Shown here in pieces: positions 1 through 8,147 of a stretch of 32,000 bases of DNA (the first letter of the stretch is position 1; every line of letters starts with the position of its first letter). Under the pieces are notes generated by a model, which was not told the DNA's origin, searched no databases, and saw only the letters and a list, made by a program, of their open reading frames with translations. The DNA lies in contig NZ_CP042911.1 in NCBI RefSeq assembly GCF_008065095.1, forward strand, positions 2,430,001 through 2,462,000, given 5' to 3'. Origin of the DNA: Gemmata obscuriglobus. Its GTDB lineage: Bacteria; Planctomycetota; Planctomycetia; Gemmatales; Gemmataceae. A program made the position numbers and the translations under genes.

Positions 1-1315
1 CGAGCAGCGGCGCAACATCGTGGTGAGCCGCCGCAAGCTCATCGAGGACCGCCGCAAGATCCAGAAGGACAAGCTCCTCGGCGAGCTCGAGGTCGGCCAG
101 ATCCGCACCGGCGTGGTCAAGAACATCGCCGAGTTCGGCGCGTTCGTGGACCTCGGCGGCATCGACGGGCTGTTGCACATCACCGACATGGGCTGGCACC
201 GCGTGACCAACCCGCGCGACGTGGTGCAGATCGACCAGACGCTGGAGGTGTACATCCTCCACATCGACCGCGAGAAGGAAAAGATCGCGCTGTCGCTGAA
301 GCACAAGACCCCGAGCCCGTGGCAGAACATCGAGGCCAAGTACCCGATCAACAGCCGCCACACCGGGGAAGTGGTCAACATCATGCCCTACGGGGCGTTC
401 GTGAAGCTCGAGCCGGGCATCGAGGGGCTGGTCCACATCTCCGAGATGTCGTGGATCAAGCGCATCGCCGACCCCAAGGAGATCGTCCAAATCGGCGACA
501 AGGTTGAGGTTCAGGTGCTGAACATCAACCACGACAAGAAGGAAATCTCGCTCGGCATGAAGCAGTGCCAGAGCAACCCGTGGGGTGAGGTGGCCAAGAA
601 GTACCCGACCGGCACGGTCATCACTGGCGTGGTGCGGAACCTCACCAACTACGGCGCCTTCATCGAGATCGAGGAGGGCATCGACGGCCTGCTGCACGTC
701 AGCGACATGAGCTACGTGCGCAAGGTGTCGAACCCGTCCGAGGTGGTCCAGAAGGGCCAGAAGCTCACCTGCGTGGTGCTGAGCGTCGACCAGGAGCGCA
801 AGCGGGTCGCGCTGGGCCTCAAGCAGATGGGCAACGACCCGTGGGAGACCGACATCCCGGGCCGCTACATGCCGGGCCAGAAGGTCCGCGGCAAGGTCAC
901 GAAGCTGACCAACTTCGGCGTCTTCGTCCAACTGGAAGAGGGCCTGGAGGGGCTGCTCCACATCTCCGAACTGACCGACGCCAAGGTCGAGTCGCCGGAA
1001 GAGGTGGTGAAGGTCGGCGACGAGGTCGACGTGAAGGTGCTTCGCGTGGACGCGAAGGACCGCAAGATCGGCCTGAGCATGAAGAACGTGGACGACAACA
1101 CCGTTCCGGACGACGTGCAGGACCTGCCGATCGAGGGGCCGGAGGCCGAGAAGGCCATGGAAGAGCGGGCGAAAGCCACCCGCGAGAAGGAAGCCAAGAA
1201 GGAAGGCGCCAGCGGCAGCATCGGCGGCAAGGACAAGGACCAGCCGCGCGAAGGGCTGCGCGGCGGCATGGGCTCGGCCGGACCGCTGTTCCAGTTGCCC
1301 GGTGACAAGAACTGA
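1..1315 (+). CDS. rpsA: 30S ribosomal protein S1, C-terminal part (5' end lies upstream of the window)
   Basis: The frame is open from the window edge to TGA 1313-1315. It carries at least four tandem S1/OB repeats with the recurring G-x-V-x-N-[IL]-x-x-[FY]GAF[VI]xL...G[IL][DE]GL[LV]H[IV]S[DE][ML] signature. It ends in a charged Lys/Glu-rich tail. Confidence 0.9.
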   Translation, partial: EQRRNIVVSRRKLIEDRRKIQKDKLLGELEVGQIRTGVVKNIAEFGAFVDLGGIDGLLHITDMGWHRVTNPRDVVQIDQTLEVYILHIDREKEKIALSLKHKTPSPWQNIEAKYPINSRHTGEVVNIMPYGAFVKLEPGIEGLVHISEMSWIKRIADPKEIVQIGDKVEVQVLNINHDKKEISLGMKQCQSNPWGEVAKKYPTGTVITGVVRNLTNYGAFIEIEEGIDGLLHVSDMSYVRKVSNPSEVVQKGQKLTCVVLSVDQERKRVALGLKQMGNDPWETDIPGRYMPGQKVRGKVTKLTNFGVFVQLEEGLEGLLHISELTDAKVESPEEVVKVGDEVDVKVLRVDAKDRKIGLSMKNVDDNTVPDDVQDLPIEGPEAEKAMEERAKATREKEAKKEGASGSIGGKDKDQPREGLRGGMGSAGPLFQLPGDKN

Positions 1316-1366
1316 GTGCCCCGGACCGCGGACGACTGACCGCGGTCCAGAAATACAGAATCCGCT

Positions 1367-1408
1367 CACCCCGGCCCCGGCGAATACCCGGGGCCGGGGT
1401 GTTTTTAT
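1367..1408 (+). terminator. Rho-independent terminator after rpsA
   Basis: A perfect 14-bp GC-rich stem pairs CACCCCGGCCCCGG (1367-1380) with CCGGGGCCGGGGTG (1388-1401). The loop is 7 nt and TTTTTAT follows at 1402-1408. A second 8-bp hairpin (GGACCGCG 1323-1330 / CGCGGTCC 1341-1348) sits just upstream. Confidence 0.8.
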
Positions 1409-1916
1409 CCCGGTTGCAAACCTGCGACCGGCGGCCGAACGTGACAAAAACGGAAGCGGTTCGGGCGATTTTTTCGGGCTTTAAGGGTTTTTAAATTGTC
1501 GGTCCGTGAGTAGGTTGTGCTAGCTCCCAAGTAATTGCTTGCCGCGGGCGGAACGGAGCGTGCCGTTCCGTCGGCGCGAGTTGTACGTTCGGTGCGGCCG
1601 CAATTCCCTCCCGTCTCGGGTTTTGCTCGCCCCGAACTCCGATAGTGTGGGCTCCGCCGGGTGTGCCGGCTGTAACGATTCGTTCCGGCGATCGGGTTGT
1701 GTTTTTGGTTCGCTCGACGACGCCCGAAATCCCCCTTACTTGGGCGTTCCACCCGCGCGCCGATCCAGGTTATCGTTTCAGCGGTCGATACGTCCCTGCG
1801 GGTTCGTCCGTGGGCGAGTAACGGCGCACGCGGCGATTCCCGACCCGGCCCGCTACCGGCAGGTGGCTGCGGACTCGCTCGACGACCGCGACCGAATCGG
1901 ACCTTTTGTAGACAGG

Positions 1917-2765
1917 ATGCTCGTTACCATGTCGCGACTCCGCCGCTATCGCCCGGACGTAGTCCAGTCCCCGCTGGAAACGTACCTGCGCGAGATCAAC
2001 GAAACGGCCCTGCTCACCGCCGATCAGGAGAAGTCGCTGGCCCGCGCCATCGCCCAGGGGGACACCGAAGCCCGCGACCAGATGGTGCGCGCCAACCTGC
2101 GCCTGGTGGTGAACATCGCCCGCGGCTACACCGGCAAAGGGCTCGCCCTCCAGGACCTCATCGAGGAGGGGAACCTCGGCCTGCTGCGGGCGGTCGAGGG
2201 GTTCGACCCGACGATGAACACGCGGTTCAGCACCTACGCCAGCTACTGGATCAAGCAGAGCATCAAGCGGGCGCTGGTGAACACCGCGAAGACGATCCGC
2301 ATCCCCGCCTACATGGTCGAGCTGCTCGCCAAGTGGCGCCGGGCCACCAACAAGCTCAGCGACGAGCTGGGCCGCCCGCCCACCCACGAGGAGGTGGGCA
2401 AGCTGCTCGGGCTGCCCAAGAAGAAGCTCGCGATCATCAAGAAGGCCATCCGGGTGTACAACGCCGCCCCGCAGGCGGACCAGGGCGATCAGGGGTGGAG
2501 TATCGAAGAGATGCTCATGGACAACCGCGCCAAGACGCCCGACACCGAGATGGTCGAGACCGACGACCTCAAGCAGGTGCTGATCCTGCTGGAGAAGATG
2601 GACCAGCGCGAGGCGACCGTGCTGCGGATGCGGTTCGGGCTCAACGACGAGGAGCCCAAGACCCTCAAGGAGATCGGCGAGTGCCTGGGCCTCACCCGCG
2701 AGCGGGTGCGCCAGATCGAGGGCGAGGCGCTGGCCAAGCTCGGCGAGGACCTGAGCGGCGAGTGA
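1917..2765 (+). CDS. Sigma-70 family RNA polymerase sigma factor (RpoD/RpoS-like regions 1.2-4, no region 1.1)
   Basis: Region 2 reads DLIEEGNLGLLRAVEGFDPTMNTRFSTYASYWIKQSIKRAL. Region 3 reads IRIPAYMVELLAKWRR. The region 4 HTH reads LKEIGECLGLTRERVRQIEGEALAKL. The ORF opens at 1539, but that N-terminal stretch looks non-coding. In-frame ATGs at 1917 and 1929 give a 278-282 aa protein; which one is used is uncertain. Confidence 0.85.
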   Translation: MLVTMSRLRRYRPDVVQSPLETYLREINETALLTADQEKSLARAIAQGDTEARDQMVRANLRLVVNIARGYTGKGLALQDLIEEGNLGLLRAVEGFDPTMNTRFSTYASYWIKQSIKRALVNTAKTIRIPAYMVELLAKWRRATNKLSDELGRPPTHEEVGKLLGLPKKKLAIIKKAIRVYNAAPQADQGDQGWSIEEMLMDNRAKTPDTEMVETDDLKQVLILLEKMDQREATVLRMRFGLNDEEPKTLKEIGECLGLTRERVRQIEGEALAKLGEDLSGE

Positions 2766-2810
2766 CCCGGCGCGCCAGACGTTGAGACTGGTTCCCTCTG
2801 AGTGACTCGC

Positions 2811-2927
2811 GCGCCGGAGCGCGGGCCTCTGGCCCGCTCGACGTTGGCGGTTCGGTTCGGCTCTGCGGGGACCCGGGGCTCACACTTCTCGCCCATACCA
2901 GCGGGCCAGAGGCCCGCGCTCCGGCGC
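2811..2927. repeat. Perfect 28-bp inverted repeat with a 61-nt spacer, downstream of the sigma gene
   Basis: The left arm is GCGCCGGAGCGCGGGCCTCTGGCCCGCT (2811-2838). The right arm is its exact reverse complement AGCGGGCCAGAGGCCCGCGCTCCGGCGC (2900-2927). Each arm also contains a mini-palindrome, GGGCC-TCT-GGCCC. Confidence 0.85.
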
Positions 2928-3108
2928 CGGCACGACTCTACCCGATTGGGTATCACTTCCTCGCCACGTGCGGCGGTTCGGCTCGGTACGAGCGGAACGA
3001 CACGCAGAAATTACCCATCTTCGCTCGCGACTTCGCCGCGTTCTCCAGATCGCCTCGGTTCACACAAACCGCGCAGTCGATTCCTCCGGTGCCGACCGGA
3101 GGGCTGCA

Positions 3109-3888
3109 ATGCGGGTGGCACTACTGTTCGTTCTGCTCGGGGTGGTTGTCGGGTGTGAATCGCTGCACGCCCCTGCGCCCCCGTCCCCGCCCAAGCAGCC
3201 GCCTCCGGTCACGGCCCCGGTGCGCGTCGTCGGCCGGCCCCCGGAGGCGCCGAAAACGGCGGTCGAGGTGCTTCGCGCGTCCGCGACATCCGCGGCCCCA
3301 CAAGACCCGCCAGAAGAGGACCAGCTCGCCCTGGTCGCGCAGTGCCTGGAGCGGTCCGACCACCTCGGGGCCGCGGGGCACCTCGAGACCTACGTGAACG
3401 GGCACGCGGACCAGCACCTGTTCCGGCTCCAGCTCGCGGAGTTGTACTTGCAGGCCGATCGTGTTACAGACGCGCGCGGCCACTACGAGCGGTTCGCCGC
3501 CGCCGCACAGGCCGGGCCGCCGGCGCTGTACCCGCACCTGGTCACCGCGCACATCAAGTTGCGCGAGATCGCGATGCGCAGCGGGGACCGGTTCGCCGAA
3601 CCGTTTCACCGCGGGGTGGGGCTGCTGCTGCTCGTGCGCGAGCAGGACGGGGCGAAGGCGCGCGACGCGGCGTTCTGCGAGGAGCTGCTGTGCAAGGCGC
3701 TCGCCGCGCTGACCGAGGCGAAGGCCCGCAAGCCCGGCGACGCCCGGGTGCTCGTGTACCTGGCCGAGGTCCACGAGCGCGCCGGCAACCGGAGCGCCGC
3801 CGGCGCCGAGCGCGCCGCCGCCCGGTCCGACGTGATCGGGGGCGAGCTGACGGGGGCCGAGCGCCGGCCGCTGTTACTGCGCGACTGA
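3109..3888 (+). CDS. Putative lipoprotein with helical TPR-like repeats (hypothetical)
   Basis: The in-frame ATG at 3109 gives MRVALLFVLLGVVVGC, a signal peptide with a lipobox-like VVGC. A Pro-rich linker and Ala/Leu-rich helical repeats follow. The ORF track start at 2968 looks too early. Confidence 0.55.
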   Translation: MRVALLFVLLGVVVGCESLHAPAPPSPPKQPPPVTAPVRVVGRPPEAPKTAVEVLRASATSAAPQDPPEEDQLALVAQCLERSDHLGAAGHLETYVNGHADQHLFRLQLAELYLQADRVTDARGHYERFAAAAQAGPPALYPHLVTAHIKLREIAMRSGDRFAEPFHRGVGLLLLVREQDGAKARDAAFCEELLCKALAALTEAKARKPGDARVLVYLAEVHERAGNRSAAGAERAAARSDVIGGELTGAERRPLLLRD

Positions 3889-4806
3889 CAGCGCCGCGGC
3901 CACTTCGCCCGCCAGCCGGGCGTTGGCCACGATCAGCGCCCGGTTCGCGGCCAGGGTGCGCCCGCCGCTCAGGGCCGCGAGGCGCGACAGCAGGAACGGC
4001 GTCACCTTCGCGCCGGTCACGCCCGCGGCCCCCGCCTCGCGGCTCGCCTCGGCGAGCCACCGGTCGAACTCCCCGGCGGGCACCGCGACCTCCGCGGGGC
4101 ACGGCTGCGCGAGAACGACCCCCGCACCGCCCATGCGCACGTGCGCCGTGAACAGGGCGGCGGCTTCGCCCGGCGCATCGACCCGGGCGGACACCGGCAG
4201 CGGCGGGGCGTGGTCGCCCACATAGAACGCCGGGAACGCGTCCGTGCGGTAACCGACCACCGGCACGCCGAGCGTCTCAAGGATCTCGATCGTGCGCGGC
4301 AGGTGGAGTATGCTCTTCGCCCCGCTGCACACCACCAGCACCGGCGTGCGCGCCAGTTCGGTGAGGTCCGCGGAGATGTCGAACGGCTCCGCCTCCCGGT
4401 GCGCGCCCCCGAGCCCGCCGGTGGCGAACACGCGGACGCCCGCGGCGTGCGCGAGCGCCATCGTGGCGGAAACCGTGGTCGCGGCGTGGCGCCCGAGCGC
4501 GACCGCGGCGCCGAGGTCGCGCCGGCTCGCCTTTTGCACGCCCGAGCGGGTCGCGAGTTCTTCGAGCTGGGCGCCCGAGAGGCCCACGGTGGGCGCCCCG
4601 CCGAGAACCGCGATCGTCGCCGGCGTCGCCCCCGCGGCGCGGCACGCGCCCTCGGCCGCGCGGGCCGTTTCGAGGTTGACCGGGCGGGGCAGCCCGTGAG
4701 CGATCAGCGTGGACTCGAGCGCGACCACCGGCCCGCCGGCCGCGACCGCCGCCCGGACCTCGTCGCTAACGGCTAACCATTCTGGAATCGTTTGCGTCTG
4801 GTGCAA
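3874..4806 (-). CDS. psuG: Pseudouridine-5'-phosphate glycosidase
   Basis: Resemblance to YeiN/PsuG runs along the full length. Matching stretches include PVVALESTLIAHGLP, ATIAVLGG, SRRDL, ATTVSATMALAHAAGVRVFATGGLGGAHR, FDISADLTEL..VVCSGAKSIL and TPFLLSRLAALSGG. Confidence 0.85.
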   Translation of the reverse strand: MHQTQTIPEWLAVSDEVRAAVAAGGPVVALESTLIAHGLPRPVNLETARAAEGACRAAGATPATIAVLGGAPTVGLSGAQLEELATRSGVQKASRRDLGAAVALGRHAATTVSATMALAHAAGVRVFATGGLGGAHREAEPFDISADLTELARTPVLVVCSGAKSILHLPRTIEILETLGVPVVGYRTDAFPAFYVGDHAPPLPVSARVDAPGEAAALFTAHVRMGGAGVVLAQPCPAEVAVPAGEFDRWLAEASREAGAAGVTGAKVTPFLLSRLAALSGGRTLAANRALIVANARLAGEVAAALSVAQ

Positions 4807-4840
4807 AGGCGTTCACCGGGCGAATTTGAAAAGGTCCGCA

Positions 4841-4869
4841 TCGACAGGCCGCGCGGAAGCACACATAAT
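4841..4869 (+). promoter_or_regulatory. Candidate sigma70-type promoter for the rhomboid gene
   Basis: TCGACA (4841-4846), a 17-nt spacer and CATAAT (4864-4869) each match consensus at 5/6 positions. The implied start site near 4876-4877 coincides with the in-frame ATG at 4877, so the mRNA may be leaderless. Confidence 0.35.
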
Positions 4870-6541
4870 GCCAGCTATGGAACCGGGACACGAGACCCAA
4901 ACGCCCGCGAGCGTCGACGAAACCCCCATGCCGATTCAGGTCGGGCTGGTGGTGCCGCCCGCCGCCGCGCCCGCGCCGGTTCCCGCGGCGCCGACCGCGG
5001 CCCTCGTTCTCCGCCAGATCGCGGCCGCCGCCGGGCCGTGGTTCCCGGCCCAGTTCGCGGCCGAAAGCGGCGTCCCGCGCGACAGCCTCGATGAGCCCCT
5101 GTCCGAGCTGCGGCTCGCGGGGCTGGTTCTGGCAACGGATTGGGTCCGCGGGGTGGGCCAGGGGTTCGCGCTGACGCCCGCCGGGAAGATCACCGCCGCG
5201 GACGCCGGGGCGCTGGAGCGCCTGAGCCAGGGGGTGCCGGCCGCGGCCGTCGCGGCGCAGGTCGCCCCGGCGGAGGACGAGGGGGCCGCGGAGGCGGCCG
5301 CGGCCGTCGCCCCGGCCGCCGGGGCCGAGGACGGCGTCTCGCGCCCGCCGGTCGTGGTGCCCGCCCTGCTGATGGCGAACGCGGTGTGGTTCTTCATCTG
5401 CGCGGTGTGGGGCATCCGCTGGGGGCTGACGCTCTCGCGCAGCTTGAGCGAGGGGCACCCGGAGGTGCTGCACCGGTTCGGCGCGGTCAACGGGCTGGAC
5501 CTGCTCGCGGGCGAGTGGTGGCGGCTGTTCACGTGCTGCTTCGTCCACGTCGGCGCCCTGCACCTGTTGGGGAACCTGTTCGCGCTCGCGATGATGGGGC
5601 CGCTGGCGGAGCTGCTCTGGGGCCGCTGGCGGCTGCTGCTCATCTACACGATCTCGGGCCTCGCCGGCAGCGCGCTGGCGATGGCGCTCGAGCCCAACGC
5701 GCTGCTCGCGGGCGCGTCCGGGGCCATCTGGGGCGTGCAGATGTCGCTGTTCGTGTGGCTGTACGCGTTCCGCGACCGGCTCCCCACGGACGTCGCGGCC
5801 GACTGGTTCCGGCGGCTGATGGTGGTGTTCCTGCTGAACGGGGCGGTGAGCTTCCTGCCGAACGTGAGCTGGGAGGGGCACCTCGGCGGCGGGCTGGCCG
5901 GGCTGCTGACCGCCGGGCTGCTGAACGCGGCGCGGCTCGGGGACCGCCCGCGCCGGCTGGGGGCGTGGCTGCTGCTGACGATGCTGCCGGCGCTGTGCGT
6001 GGCCGGCGTGGCCGGCGCGATGGGGGCGGAGGGGCTCCCGGGCTGGCGGAAGCTCCGGCAGCAGCTCGCGGCCGAGCGCAGTGTGGCGGAGGGCGGGGAG
6101 CGGCTGACCGCCGCGCACGAGACCTACGTCCGCCAGATCGGGCCGCGGCTGGTGCGCCTGATGCCGGCCGGCCCGAACAGCATCACGAGGGTCGGCGGCA
6201 CGTTCCTGAACCTGCTGCCCGAGGAGCGCGAGCTGCTGGCCCTGCGCCGCTCCCCGGACGCGACGCCGCAGCAGCGAGCGGCGGCCCGCGCGAAGGTGTT
6301 GGCGCTCAAGGCCGTCGCCGAGGAGCTGGCCGCGGCGACGCCGCGCGAGCCGGTCGGCGCGCCGCCGCTGGACGAGCAGTTCGCGCGAATGGGCCGGTTC
6401 GCCACCGCGCAGGCGGCGGCGCTCGAGTGGCTGCTCGTGCTCGACGGAAGCGGGAGCGGCCCGGCCCGGTCACTCGTGTGGGCCGCCTGGGCGAAGACGC
6501 GGCTGGAATCGCACCAACTGTGGCTCGAACTGACCAAGTGA
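4868..6541 (+). CDS. Rhomboid-family intramembrane serine protease with N-terminal cytoplasmic domain and long C-terminal extension
   Basis: The rhomboid core reads WWRLFTCCFVHVGALHLLGNLFAL, with the catalytic Ser motif GASGAIWG and the His motif EGHLGGGLAGLL. The ORF track start at 4709 overlaps the divergent psuG. In-frame ATGs at 4868 and 4877 are more plausible starts. Confidence 0.8.
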   Translation: MPAMEPGHETQTPASVDETPMPIQVGLVVPPAAAPAPVPAAPTAALVLRQIAAAAGPWFPAQFAAESGVPRDSLDEPLSELRLAGLVLATDWVRGVGQGFALTPAGKITAADAGALERLSQGVPAAAVAAQVAPAEDEGAAEAAAAVAPAAGAEDGVSRPPVVVPALLMANAVWFFICAVWGIRWGLTLSRSLSEGHPEVLHRFGAVNGLDLLAGEWWRLFTCCFVHVGALHLLGNLFALAMMGPLAELLWGRWRLLLIYTISGLAGSALAMALEPNALLAGASGAIWGVQMSLFVWLYAFRDRLPTDVAADWFRRLMVVFLLNGAVSFLPNVSWEGHLGGGLAGLLTAGLLNAARLGDRPRRLGAWLLLTMLPALCVAGVAGAMGAEGLPGWRKLRQQLAAERSVAEGGERLTAAHETYVRQIGPRLVRLMPAGPNSITRVGGTFLNLLPEERELLALRRSPDATPQQRAAARAKVLALKAVAEELAAATPREPVGAPPLDEQFARMGRFATAQAAALEWLLVLDGSGSGPARSLVWAAWAKTRLESHQLWLELTK

Positions 6542-6563
6542 CCGCGCCGACCCGGAACCGGAA

Positions 6564-7520
6564 TCACCACCACAGCTTGTCGAGGTTCACGTTCCCGCCG
6601 CTGAACACCACGCCGACCTTCGCCAGCCCCGGAAGTGACTTGAACGCTTCGCTCAGCGCCACCGCGGCGCCGACCGCCCCGCTCGGTTCCACGATCAGCT
6701 TCATGCGCTCCCACACCAGCCGCATCGCGGCGCGGATCTCGTCGTCCGACACGGTGAAGACGCGCTCCACGAGGTCGCGGATCACCGGCCACGTCAACTG
6801 ACCGGTGCTCGTGAGCAGCCCGTCGGCGATGGTGTTCGGGCCGGTTTGCGGGAGCCACTCTCCGGCCGCCTTCGAGCGCGCGGCGTCGTCGGCGCCAAGC
6901 GGCTCGGCCCCGAACACGCGGGTCCCGGGCTTCACACCGGTCGCGGCGATCGCGCACCCCGAGACCAGCCCGCCGCCGCCCAGGCACACGACCAGCGCGT
7001 CCAGGTCGGGTACGCCTTCGAGCAGTTCGAGTGCGACCGTGCCCTGACCGGCGATCACGTCGGGGTGGTCGAACGGCGGGATCAGGGCGGCCCCGGTCCG
7101 CGCGACCAGTTCGTTCGCCGCGCGCTCGCGGTCGGCGAGGTTCGGCTCGCAGAGCGTCACCTGCCCGCCGTAGCCCTCCACCGCCGCCCGCTTCACCGCC
7201 GGGGCGGTCTTCGGCATGACGATGTACGCCGGCACGCCGCGCTCGCGGGCCGCCAGGGCGAGCGCCTGCGCGTGGTTGCCGCTGGAGTGCGTGACCACGC
7301 CCTTCGCGGCGTCTGTGTCGGACAGCTTGCGCACCGCGTTGGCCGCGCCGCGGTACTTGAACGCCCCGACCTTCTGGAGGTTCTCGCACTTGAAGAACAG
7401 CCGCCGGCCCGCGAGGCGGTCGAGGGTCGCACTCGTCATCACCGGGGTGCGGTGGGCGGCCCCCTTGAGGCGCTCGGCGGCGGCGCGAACGGCGGCCAGA
7501 TCGCAGGCGTAAGTCGGCAT
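6564..7520 (-). CDS. PLP-dependent serine/threonine dehydratase family enzyme (serine racemase / threo-3-hydroxyaspartate ammonia-lyase-like)
   Basis: The gene starts at the ATG complementary to 7518-7520: MPTYACDLAAVRAAAERL. The PLP-lysine motif is FKCENLQKVGAFKYRGA, followed by HSSGNHAQALA and the glycine loop GGGGL. The upstream extension of the 732-aa track ORF is an artefact. Confidence 0.85.
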   Translation of the reverse strand: MPTYACDLAAVRAAAERLKGAAHRTPVMTSATLDRLAGRRLFFKCENLQKVGAFKYRGAANAVRKLSDTDAAKGVVTHSSGNHAQALALAARERGVPAYIVMPKTAPAVKRAAVEGYGGQVTLCEPNLADRERAANELVARTGAALIPPFDHPDVIAGQGTVALELLEGVPDLDALVVCLGGGGLVSGCAIAATGVKPGTRVFGAEPLGADDAARSKAAGEWLPQTGPNTIADGLLTSTGQLTWPVIRDLVERVFTVSDDEIRAAMRLVWERMKLIVEPSGAVGAAVALSEAFKSLPGLAKVGVVFSGGNVNLDKLWW

Positions 7521-7534
7521 GGCCGGAACTCGGT

Positions 7535-7562
7535 TTGACCAGGAAACAGCGGCAGGGATAAT
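7535..7562 (+). promoter_or_regulatory. Candidate sigma70-type promoter of parDE
   Basis: TTGACC (7535-7540), a 16-nt spacer and GATAAT (7557-7562) precede the SD GAGGAG (7575-7580) and the ATG at 7588. Confidence 0.5.
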
Positions 7563-7587
7563 ACACGGACCGAAGAGGAGAACGGCC

Positions 7588-7851
7588 ATGACCGTGACGT
7601 TGACTCCGGAGCTGGAGCGGATCGTGAACGCACAACTGGCGACCGGCCAGTTCGCAACCCAGGAAGAGGTGATTGCCGCCGGCCTGCGCATGCTCCAGCG
7701 GTCCGAGGCTGGCAAAGAGGCCGACCTGCGTGCGCTGCTGGACGAGGCGGATGAGGACGTGGTCGCCGGCCGCGTCGGGCCGTTCGATCCGGTCGCGACG
7801 GCCGCGCGAGTCAAGGCCGCGCTGGCCGCCCGCGCGGAGAGCCGCTCGTGA
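7588..7851 (+). CDS. parD: Type II antitoxin, ParD/CopG-like ribbon-helix-helix
   Basis: The 87-aa product opens with LTPELERIVNAQLATGQFATQEEVIAAGLRML, typical of ParD-family antidotes. GAGGAG lies 7 nt upstream, and the stop overlaps the toxin start (GTGA). Confidence 0.75.
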   Translation: MTVTLTPELERIVNAQLATGQFATQEEVIAAGLRMLQRSEAGKEADLRALLDEADEDVVAGRVGPFDPVATAARVKAALAARAESRS

Positions 7852-8147
7852 GACGTGTCACCCGAACGGCCGTCGCAGAGCGAGATCTTGAACAGATCAT
7901 GGAGTGGCTCTATGAGCACCGCCCGGCCGTTGTCGAGCGGTTCCCGGCCGCGCTCGCGGCCCGGTGCCACTTGCTCGCCTCGCAACCGACGACGGGCCGG
8001 GCACGCGACGAGTTGTACCCGGGAATGCGCAGCGTGGTGATCGAATACTACACTGTGTTCTTCACCGTCACCGACGAGGAAGTCCTCGTGCGCCGTATCA
8101 TCCACACCGCCCGAGACGTGCAGGCGGCTGCGTTCGACGAGGGCTAG
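7848..8147 (+). CDS. parE: Type II toxin, ParE/RelE superfamily
   Basis: The 99-aa product contains A.RDLEQI..WL, ..F...L......L...P..GR.R.EL.PG.R and the end motif VVIEYYTVFFTVTDEEVLVRRIIHTARD, all typical of ParE. The GTG start overlaps the parD stop by 4 nt. Confidence 0.8.
   Translation: MRRVTRTAVAERDLEQIMEWLYEHRPAVVERFPAALAARCHLLASQPTTGRARDELYPGMRSVVIEYYTVFFTVTDEEVLVRRIIHTARDVQAAAFDEG

Noticed and set aside
1323-1334. The 12-mer GGACCGCGGACG is shared between the hairpin after rpsA (1323-1334) and the left arm of the long inverted repeat (9594-9605)
   Set aside because: A single 12-nt match in 32 kb of biased-composition DNA, counting both strands, is expected by chance. The flanking sequence is unrelated.
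3874-4806. An expected pseudouridine kinase (psuK) partner next to psuG
   Set aside because: No carbohydrate-kinase-like ORF is adjacent. The neighbours are a lipoprotein and a rhomboid protease, so psuG appears to stand alone here. This is noteworthy only as an absence.
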